A DNA stretch of 64,000 nucleotides from Eubacteriales bacterium (lineage in GTDB: Bacteria; Bacillota; Clostridia; Oscillospirales; CAG-272), in the NCBI GenBank assembly GCA_045660295.1, contig JAZRDN010000030.1, forward strand, positions 6,577 to 70,576. The letters run 5' to 3'. Within the stretch, counting starts at the first letter, position 1. Every line of letters starts with the position of its first letter. Of this stretch, positions 57,508-64,000 are shown piece by piece. The notes under the pieces are model-generated. The model was not told the DNA's origin, searched no databases, and worked only from the letters and a program-made list of their open reading frames with translations. Made by a program: the position numbers and the translations under genes.

Positions 57508-58521
57508 TCAATCACCGTAGCCGTTGGGATTCATTTGCTGCCAATTGTTGGAGTCACGGCACATATCTTCAATATTATATTGAGCCTTCCAACCGAGGAT
57601 TTCAGCCGCCTTTGTGGGGTCCGCGTAACATTCGTCGATGTCTCCGGGACGCCTGGGAGCAATGATATAGTTTATCTTGATGCCCGTAGCCTTTTCATAT
57701 GCGTTGACAATGTCAAGCACCGAATATCCAACGCCTGTACCTATATTGTAATATTCAACACCCGTAACCTTTTCAGCTCTCGCAAGAGCCTTAAGGTGAG
57801 CCTTTGCCAAGTCTACAACGTGGATATAATCTCTTACGCCTGTTCCGTCATGTGTGTTATAGTCGTTACCAAACACCGAGAGATATTCTCTCTTGCCTAA
57901 AGCAACCTGCGTAATATAAGGAAGAAGATTATTGGGAATACCCTTAGGGTCTTCACCGATAAGTCCGCTCTTGTGTGCTCCGATGGGGTTGAAATAACGA
58001 AGAACCGAAATACTCCACTCGTTATCCGAAACGAAAAGATCTTTGAGTATTCTTTCGATCATCAGCTTGGTCTCACCGTAAGGATTGGTTGTAGAGAGCG
58101 GAAAATCTTCTCTGATCGGAACACTTTCGGGCTTTCCGTAAACTGTTGCGGAAGAGCTGAAAACGATTCTCTTTGTGCCGTGTTTTTGCATTACGTTACA
58201 AAGATTGAACGTGCCTGTAAGGTTGTTGTGATAGTAACGGAGTGGCTGAAGAACAGACTCACCGACAGCCTTAAGTCCCGCAAAGTGGATAACGCTGTCT
58301 ATCTCGTTTTCTTCAAAGATTTTGTCGATAGCATCATAATCAAGAAGATCCGCTTCATAGAACTTAAAATCCTTTCCTGTTATCTTTTTTATTCTATCAA
58401 GCACGACAGGCTTACTGTTGCAGAAATTGTCAAGAACTATTACTTCATTGTTCTCGTTAAGAAGCTCCACTATAGTGTGAGATCCGATAAATCCAGCTCC
58501 GCCGGTAACTAAAATTGCCAT
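57508..58521 (-). CDS. galE: UDP-glucose 4-epimerase
   Basis: [10 protein letters not shown] and the YxxxK motif (PYGETKLM) are present, in a 337-aa protein with GalE-typical sequence throughout. Confidence 0.95.
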   Translation of the reverse strand: MAILVTGGAGFIGSHTIVELLNENNEVIVLDNFCNSKPVVLDRIKKITGKDFKFYEADLLDYDAIDKIFEENEIDSVIHFAGLKAVGESVLQPLRYYHNNLTGTFNLCNVMQKHGTKRIVFSSSATVYGKPESVPIREDFPLSTTNPYGETKLMIERILKDLFVSDNEWSISVLRYFNPIGAHKSGLIGEDPKGIPNNLLPYITQVALGKREYLSVFGNDYNTHDGTGVRDYIHVVDLAKAHLKALARAEKVTGVEYYNIGTGVGYSVLDIVNAYEKATGIKINYIIAPRRPGDIDECYADPTKAAEILGWKAQYNIEDMCRDSNNWQQMNPNGYGD

Positions 58522-58544
58522 TTATATGTACCTCATTTCAAAAA

Positions 58545-59450
58545 TCATTTCCAAAGCCCGTCGGGATACTCGCCCGTGTCTATAAGCGCGCGCAGTCCCG
58601 CAACCACCTTTTCCTTATCCTCGCTATATGTAACGCCGTACCATTTTGCATTGGTGGAATATACCTTTACATCACTCTTACCGGCGTGCATGGCATCGCC
58701 TACCGACATCGGAAGATAACATTCGCACTTCATGGGATTTTCGGGTATCTTCGCTATAAATTCAGAAAAGCTCTCCTCAAGCAAAGAAAAGATAGCGGGT
58801 GTAAAGCCCCAGAAGTTCATGGACACTATAGTCTCGTAAGGAAGCGGATACTTTTTGTCATCCTCAAAATAAGCCGCCTGCGGTCCGTCAGGCATTATCT
58901 TTGTAGTTTCCACGATATTTTCAAGCATGCCGTCATCGGATATCTTGCACACACCGCGAGAGACTGTTCCGTTTTCCGTAAGAGTATTTCCAAGAACATA
59001 ACCAACCATTGCGGCGTTAGCTATACCGTTTTTATCTTCGGCGTTCTTAAGGTGATCGGAAATTATTTCAAACGCTTCTCGACCATAAAAATCATCTGAA
59101 TTGATAACCGCAAAATTGTCATCTATTTTATCCTTAGCACAAAGAAGCGCGTGCGTGGTTCCCCAAGGCTTAGCGCGTCCTTCGGGTATAGTTGCCTCGG
59201 GAACAAATCTGTCAATTGCCTGGAAAGCGTATTCGACCTTTATCTTTGAAGAAATACGCGAGCCTATGGTTTCTTTGAAATCGGCAAGGTTTTCTTCCTT
59301 GATAATAAACACTACCTTGTCAAAGCCTGCTTTGATAGCGTCATACACAGAAAAGTCTATTATAAACTCTCCGTTTTTTGTTATAGGATCGATCTGCTTG
59401 AGTCCACCGTAGCGCGAGCCCATGCCCGCTGCCAAAACAACAAGTGTCAT
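58545..59450 (-). CDS. Sugar-1-phosphate nucleotidyltransferase family protein
   Basis: The ATG at 59450 is 5 nt after GGAGG. The N-terminal signature is VVLAAGMGSRYGGLKQ. Confidence 0.75.
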   Translation of the reverse strand: MTLVVLAAGMGSRYGGLKQIDPITKNGEFIIDFSVYDAIKAGFDKVVFIIKEENLADFKETIGSRISSKIKVEYAFQAIDRFVPEATIPEGRAKPWGTTHALLCAKDKIDDNFAVINSDDFYGREAFEIISDHLKNAEDKNGIANAAMVGYVLGNTLTENGTVSRGVCKISDDGMLENIVETTKIMPDGPQAAYFEDDKKYPLPYETIVSMNFWGFTPAIFSLLEESFSEFIAKIPENPMKCECYLPMSVGDAMHAGKSDVKVYSTNAKWYGVTYSEDKEKVVAGLRALIDTGEYPDGLWK

Positions 59451-59570
59451 ATTAACCTCCAAAAAATTTTTTTACATCTCATTATAACTCTTTTTTATAA
59501 ATAAATCAATAGAATTTTGCGTAAAAACCTTTGTTTTTTTATATTTTTGAAAGAATCTTTCGACATGCGC

Positions 59571-59599
59571 TTGACAAAGTTATAACAATATGTTAGAAT
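59571..59599 (+). promoter_or_regulatory. Sigma-A promoter for the Crp/Fnr-ABC operon
   Basis: TTGACA, 17 nt, TAGAAT. Confidence 0.55.
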
Positions 59600-59609
59600 A
59601 GTGTATCAC

Positions 59610-60305
59610 ATGAGACATTTTGGAGGGCGTTTGAAAAAAGAAGATACTATATTAAAACTAAAAAAACACATACTTTTTAAGAATGTTGACACGCTTACAC
59701 TGTCAGATATACTATTGACTGACTGCTGTGAGCTTGAAACGTTCAAGGCTGGGGACGAGATACTCTCCCCCAATAATGAAGAAAAACGCCTGGGCTTCAT
59801 TCTTTCGGGCGAAGCAAGTGTCTATTCGGCAGACGGCAACCGTTCGGTGCTTCTGCGTTCGCTTGGCGAAGGCGATACATTCGGTGTTTCCAATCTTTTT
59901 GATGAAAACAATCGCTTTGTTAGCCTTATCGTTGCCAAACGCGCATCAAGCGTAATTTTCTTCACTGCCGCCGCAATTGGAAAATTGCTTGATAATAGCT
60001 CAGCGTTCAGAATGAGTTATATCAAATTTTTATCCGAAAGGATCTGCTTTCTGAACAAAAAGATATCCTGCTTTACCGCAGGAAGCCCCGAGAGACGGCT
60101 GGCAGTCTTTTTATGCTCACAGAGACCGGAAAACAGCTTTTCTGTAAGCATAAACGCCAATTCCCTGTCCGAGATGCTCAACATCGGGCGAGCGTCCCTG
60201 TACAGAGCCTTCGACAAGCTGATTGCTGACGGTTTTATAACCAAGGACGGAAAAACTATAACTCTGATTGACAGATCCGCTCTCGAAACAAATTATATTG
60301 ACTAA
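59610..60305 (+). CDS. Crp/Fnr family transcriptional regulator
   Basis: A cNMP-binding-like beta-roll (GDTFGVSNLF) and a C-terminal HTH (RASLYRAFDKLIADGFI) are present. The start is uncertain: ATG at 59610 or TTG at 59631. The promoter position excludes 59601. Confidence 0.7.
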   Translation: MRHFGGRLKKEDTILKLKKHILFKNVDTLTLSDILLTDCCELETFKAGDEILSPNNEEKRLGFILSGEASVYSADGNRSVLLRSLGEGDTFGVSNLFDENNRFVSLIVAKRASSVIFFTAAAIGKLLDNSSAFRMSYIKFLSERICFLNKKISCFTAGSPERRLAVFLCSQRPENSFSVSINANSLSEMLNIGRASLYRAFDKLIADGFITKDGKTITLIDRSALETNYID

Positions 60306-60338
60306 CCGTAAGACTAAACAAAGAAAGGAAATATTATT

Positions 60339-61325
60339 ATGAAAAATTCTGTTTTTACCAAAATCATGGCACTTGTATTTGCGCTCGTGCTCGTAGTCAG
60401 CATGCAGGCTTGCGGAAGCGCAACAAAAATTGACGGAGAGCTTGAAATAAACGTATCCGTGCTCAACGGCACGACAGGCTTCGGCATGGCAAAGCTTATG
60501 AGTGATACCGCAAACGGAAACGCTTCGCTCAACTATCAGTTCGCGGTTGAAACCGACGCTTCTGTTGTTACCGCAGGGCTTATCAACGGAACCGTAGATA
60601 TTGCGGCTCTCCCCACCAATGCGGCATCGGTGGTATACAACAAGACCGAGGGCGGTGTTAAGGTACTCGCACTCAACACCCTCGGTGTCCTTTACGTAGT
60701 TGAAAACGGAAATACGATCACTTCCATCGCCGACCTCGAAGGCAAAACAGTATATGCACCCGCACAGAACCCTGCGTTTGTTATGGAATACGTTGCAAAG
60801 CTGGCTGGAGTTAACGTAACTATCGATACCACGTACGCACAGCCTGCGGCTCTTATGCAGTTCGTAGCCGGCTCTCCTGAGGGCACAGTCGCCGTTCTTC
60901 CCGAACCCGTTCTCTCTGTCGCTAAGAGCAAGAATGCCGCGCTCAACACGGTTCTTGACCTTACTGCCGAATGGAGCACAAAGGCTACCGATAGCGCGCT
61001 TGTTCAGGGATGTATCGTAGTTCGCACAGAGTTCCTTGAAAATCACCCCAAGGAGGTTGAGGAGTTCCTTAACGCTTACGAGTCTTCTGTAAATTATGTT
61101 AACACCAATGCTTCTGAAACCGCCACTCTTGTAGTTGACCTTGGTATCTACGCAGGCGCGGCAGCAGTAGCTGAAAAAGCGATCCCCAAGTGCAACATCA
61201 AGTATGTTGATGGAGCGGAAATGAAAACATTACTCTCGGGCTTCCTTGCGGCAATGGAAACCGTAAATCCCACCTCTATAGGCGGCAAGCTTCCCGCGGA
61301 CGATTTCTACTATAACGCTAAATAA
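60339..61325 (+). CDS. ABC transporter substrate-binding lipoprotein (NMT1/SsuA-like)
   Basis: The lipobox is SMQAC|GS. The type-2 periplasmic binding fold pattern is followed by a cognate permease and ATPase. Confidence 0.7.
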   Translation: MKNSVFTKIMALVFALVLVVSMQACGSATKIDGELEINVSVLNGTTGFGMAKLMSDTANGNASLNYQFAVETDASVVTAGLINGTVDIAALPTNAASVVYNKTEGGVKVLALNTLGVLYVVENGNTITSIADLEGKTVYAPAQNPAFVMEYVAKLAGVNVTIDTTYAQPAALMQFVAGSPEGTVAVLPEPVLSVAKSKNAALNTVLDLTAEWSTKATDSALVQGCIVVRTEFLENHPKEVEEFLNAYESSVNYVNTNASETATLVVDLGIYAGAAAVAEKAIPKCNIKYVDGAEMKTLLSGFLAAMETVNPTSIGGKLPADDFYYNAK

Positions 61326-62098
61326 TGAAATTTGTTAGAAAATCAATAAAATTTTTACTGATTCTTCTCTTCTGGCTCGGCGTGTGGGAGCTTGCGGCTC
61401 TCGCCGTCGGGCAAGAGCTTTTTATGCCAACTCCGATATCTGTTATCGTGTGCGGAGCAAGATTGCTTGTTACGCCGCTGTTTTGGCACACTATCGTGCG
61501 TTCTATCTTAAGAATAGTTATCGGCACGGTCATCGCAATAATTCTCGGTACACTTCTGGCGATAATAACCTCACGCGCGAAAATCTTGCATGACCTTTTT
61601 TATCCTATGCTTACCATAGTGAAAGCTACTCCCGTAGCATCTTTTATAACACTTGCCATTATATGGATGGGCGCAAGAAAACTCCCCGTGTTCATTTGCG
61701 CGCTCATGGTCTTCCCTATCGTTTGGGCGGCAGTCAGCGACGGAATATCGGCAATAGATAAAAAGCACAAAGAGCTGGCGCATGTTTTCGGCTTCTCAAC
61801 AAAAAAGAGGTTTAGACTCATATATATACCTACCATTGCGCCCTATTTTCTTTCGGCATGCAAAACCTCCGTGGGACTCGCGTGGAAGGCGGGCGTTGCC
61901 GCCGAGGTGCTTGCGGTCTCCCCAGATTCTATCGGAAAACAGCTTTTCAACGCGCGAACATATTACGAGATCCCCGAGCTTTTTGCGTGGACGATAACGG
62001 TCATTATCCTTTCGCTTGTTATAGAGCTTGCAGTGACAAAAGTCTTTGAAAGTCTCGGAAAAAAGTATGCTTATGTGAGGAATTATGATAAAAATTAA
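61325..62098 (+). CDS. ABC transporter permease (NitT/TauT family-like)
   Basis: 257 aa with about 6 TM helices and an EAA-like loop region. Its start overlaps the stop of the SBP gene. Confidence 0.8.
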   Translation: MKFVRKSIKFLLILLFWLGVWELAALAVGQELFMPTPISVIVCGARLLVTPLFWHTIVRSILRIVIGTVIAIILGTLLAIITSRAKILHDLFYPMLTIVKATPVASFITLAIIWMGARKLPVFICALMVFPIVWAAVSDGISAIDKKHKELAHVFGFSTKKRFRLIYIPTIAPYFLSACKTSVGLAWKAGVAAEVLAVSPDSIGKQLFNARTYYEIPELFAWTITVIILSLVIELAVTKVFESLGKKYAYVRNYDKN

Positions 62099-62651
62099 AA
62101 ATATTATCAAGAATTACGGTAAAACCAGAGTCCTCGATGACTTTTCTATGGAATGTCCCGAGCACGGAGTGGTTGCGCTTATGGGCGCATCCGGTATCGG
62201 AAAAACCACACTGCTTAACATTATAGCGGGAATAGAAAAAGCCGATTCCGGAGCGATCGAATCGACATTCGAAAAAATATCTTATAAATTCCAAGAGCCA
62301 AGGCTTTTGGGCTGGCTCACCGCGCTTGAAAACGTAGAGTCGGTGCTTCCGGACCGCTCAAAAGACGATGCGCAAAGATGGCTTGAGTTGGTTGAGGTAT
62401 CAGATAGCTGTAATAAATATCCTCATGAGCTTTCCGGTGGCATGCAACAGCGTGTTGCTTTGGCAAGAGCGCTGGCTTACGGCGGAGATCTCCTTCTGCT
62501 CGACGAACCATTCAGCGCTGTTGACAGTGATACTAAGCGTGTTTTGATAAAGGCTATTAAGGACTATGCCCAAAGCCGCGCGGTCATTCTCGTTACGCAC
62601 GATATATCCGAAGCGAAAGAGCTTGATGCCACCATAATCACTATGAAATAG
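62085..62651 (+). CDS. ABC transporter ATP-binding protein (compact, 188 aa)
   Basis: Walker A GASGIGKTT, the Q-loop, the signature LSGGMQQR, Walker B LLLLDEPF and the H-loop VTHD are all present. Confidence 0.85.
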   Translation: MIKIKNIIKNYGKTRVLDDFSMECPEHGVVALMGASGIGKTTLLNIIAGIEKADSGAIESTFEKISYKFQEPRLLGWLTALENVESVLPDRSKDDAQRWLELVEVSDSCNKYPHELSGGMQQRVALARALAYGGDLLLLDEPFSAVDSDTKRVLIKAIKDYAQSRAVILVTHDISEAKELDATIITMK

Positions 62652-62692
62652 ACTGTCCCGAAAAAATTTTGAAAAATAAATTCAAAAAACTA

Positions 62693-62721
62693 TTGCTTTT
62701 TCATTTCGGTTGTGATATAAT
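62693..62721 (+). promoter_or_regulatory. Promoter (extended -10) for tRNA-Ser
   Basis: TTGCTT, 17 nt, TGATATAAT, located about 65 nt upstream of the tRNA. Confidence 0.5.
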
Positions 62722-62789
62722 ATTTAGCGTTGCAGGTTTTCTGCTTCTAATTTGCAAAAGTTAGACTCTTTTTGAGTTTAATCATATAC

Positions 62790-62878
62790 GGAGAGATATC
62801 GAAGTGGTCATAACGGGGCTGACTCGAAATCAGTTTGCGCTAACGCGCACGAGGGTTCGAATCCCTCTCTCTCCGCCA
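62790..62878 (+). tRNA. tRNA-Ser (anticodon CGA), CCA encoded
   Basis: Hand fold: acceptor GGAGAGA/TCTCTCC, anticodon stem GCTGA/TCAGT with loop CT-CGA-AA, long variable arm TTGCGCTAACGCGCAC, T-arm GAGGG-TTCGAAT-CCCTC, discriminator G plus CCA. Confidence 0.9.
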
Positions 62879-62881
62879 TTT

Positions 62882-62914
62882 AGGGCTAAAATCTTGCGAT
62901 TTTAGCCCTTTTCC
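62882..62914 (+). terminator. Terminator after tRNA-Ser
   Basis: AGGGCTAAAATC-TTGC-GATTTTAGCCCT followed by TTTCC. Confidence 0.65.
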
Positions 62915-62982
62915 TCTTGAAGTATTCGTGTTTTTGTGATACAATAAACTAACCGATAAATAAGAATTTGTTGAGGTTAATT

Positions 62983-63666
62983 ATGAAAGACGAATGCTTA
63001 ATCTGCGGTGCGCCGCTGAAATATTTAGAAAACGAGATCCCGATGGAATGTGCCATCTGCCACAAAAAAGAAAATAGTAAAACAGCTTGCGAAAACGGTC
63101 ACTACATATGCAACGAATGTCATACACAAGGTATGGATAGCATTATAGGTGCATGCCTTGCAGAAACCTCGAAGAATCCTATCGAAATCATTCAGAAAAT
63201 GTTTGTCTTGCCGTTCTGTCATATGCACGGCCCCGAACATCATGTTATGGTAGGCTCGGCATTACTTACTGCGTATAAAAACGCGGGTGGTGATATTGAT
63301 CTTGTAAAAGCACTTTCCGAGATGCAGGCACGAGGCAAGAAAGTCCCCGGCGGTGCTTGCGGATTTTGGGGAGCTTGCGGTGCAGGAGTGAGCGCAGGAA
63401 TGTTCGTTTCCATTGTAACGGGCTCTACACCTCTCGCAAACGAGGCGTGGGGATTGTCTAATAAAATGACCTCCTCCGCCCTTGGTGCGATCGGCGAGAT
63501 TGGCGGTCCACGTTGCTGCAAGCGCAATTCCTATATTTCAATCATCAAAGCCACGGAGTTTGCAAAAGAACACCTCGGCGTAGAAATGGAGCTTGGTGAG
63601 ATCAAGTGTGTGCATTCAGCACAGAACAATCAGTGCATTGGAACGAGATGTCCTTTTCACGCTTGA
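62983..63666 (+). CDS. Cys-rich protein of unknown function (DUF5714-like)
   Basis: The ATG at 62983 follows GAGG. The N-terminal zinc-ribbon-like region is CLICG...CAICH...C..GHYICNECH, with further Cys clusters CGFWGACGAG, CCKRN and CIGTRCPFH. Confidence 0.6.
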   Translation: MKDECLICGAPLKYLENEIPMECAICHKKENSKTACENGHYICNECHTQGMDSIIGACLAETSKNPIEIIQKMFVLPFCHMHGPEHHVMVGSALLTAYKNAGGDIDLVKALSEMQARGKKVPGGACGFWGACGAGVSAGMFVSIVTGSTPLANEAWGLSNKMTSSALGAIGEIGGPRCCKRNSYISIIKATEFAKEHLGVEMELGEIKCVHSAQNNQCIGTRCPFHA

Positions 63667-63697
63667 TAATTAAATTTCAATTTGTCAACTACACACC

Positions 63698-63727
63698 AAA
63701 AGGGCTACCCTCAGGGTAGCCCTTTTT
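63698..63727. terminator. Bidirectional rho-independent terminator
   Basis: AAAAGGGCTACCC-TCA-GGGTAGCCCTTTTT lies between convergent genes. Confidence 0.75.
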
Positions 63728-63735
63728 ATATCCCA

Positions 63736-64000
63736 TCAATCCGTCAGCGCATCGTATATCGCTACGCCGGTCGGCACCTTACTGTGACTGTCCAGATGGC
63801 TATAAATGTTTCCTGTCGTGCCGATATCCGAGTGCCCGAGCCACATTTGAATGTCTTTCATCTGCTTGCCAAGTGGGGGCATTGTTGACGCGCAGGAGTG
63901 GCGCAGATCCTGAAATCTTATCTTGCGAAGTCCGTGCCGTCTAAGGAGCCCCGCGAAGTGTTCACTAACGTAATCGGGATTATAAATATTGCCTATCGCA
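63736..64000 (-). CDS. Tyrosine-type site-specific recombinase/integrase, C-terminal 88 codons (gene continues beyond right edge)
   Basis: My own reverse translation gives ...HGLRKIRFQDLRHSCASTMPPLGKQMKDIQMWLGHSDIGTTGNIYSHLDSHSK...LTD*. The box I/II motifs (LRH, LGHS...Y.H) of tyrosine recombinases are present. Confidence 0.8.
   Translation of the reverse strand, partial: AIGNIYNPDYVSEHFAGLLRRHGLRKIRFQDLRHSCASTMPPLGKQMKDIQMWLGHSDIGTTGNIYSHLDSHSKVPTGVAIYDALTD

Noticed and set aside
60117-61046. A 309-aa minus-strand ORF spanning the end of the Crp/Fnr gene and the SBP gene.
   Set aside because: It crosses an intergenic region and two well-supported + strand genes, and it is Cys/Arg-rich nonsense. 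It is a shadow frame.
62085-62651. The 188-aa ABC ATPase looked truncated, suggesting a possible pseudogene.
   Set aside because: Walker A, the Q-loop, the signature motif, Walker B, the D-loop and the H-loop are all present in order. It is simply compact.
62879-63735. I searched by eye for a direct repeat of the tRNA-Ser 3' end (att site) between the tRNA and the integrase gene.
   Set aside because: No copy was found, so tRNA-targeted integration cannot be claimed from this window alone.
1-64000. I looked for CRISPR arrays, tandem or dispersed repeats, rRNA genes, IS elements and transposases.
   Set aside because: None was visible on reading the sequence and the six-frame track. Intergenic regions are short and are explained by promoters and terminators. 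A computational repeat scan would be needed to exclude short dispersed repeats.

Overview
This 64-kb chromosomal segment reads as a low/medium-GC, endospore-forming Firmicute, probably Clostridia-like. Supporting signs are spoIIID, a pdaA-like deacetylase, a ylbF-family gene, GGAGG-type ribosome-binding sites and many TTGACA-17-TATAAT promoters. There are roughly 55 protein genes, mostly housekeeping: asnA, prfA, tsaC, coaE, pgi, miaB, mutS-mutL, tgt, tldD-pmbA, glyQS, uxaC, topB, htpG, ispE and galE-galM. The window also holds one tRNA-Ser(CGA), one lysine riboswitch in front of an NhaC-family transporter, one decayed oxidoreductase remnant, and the 3' end of a tyrosine-integrase gene at the right edge. 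I saw no CRISPR array, rRNA, IS element or prophage body. The stand-out accessory element is a self-contained three-gene operon at 46.7-51.9 kb with its own consensus promoter and terminator. It encodes a TerB-N/TerB-C protein, a DUF2791-like P-loop ATPase and an Lhr-like DEAH helicase. This matches the Shango-type candidate anti-phage system, whose mechanism is still unknown. All product calls rest on motif recognition in the translated ORFs and on my own reading of both strands. No database search was run.
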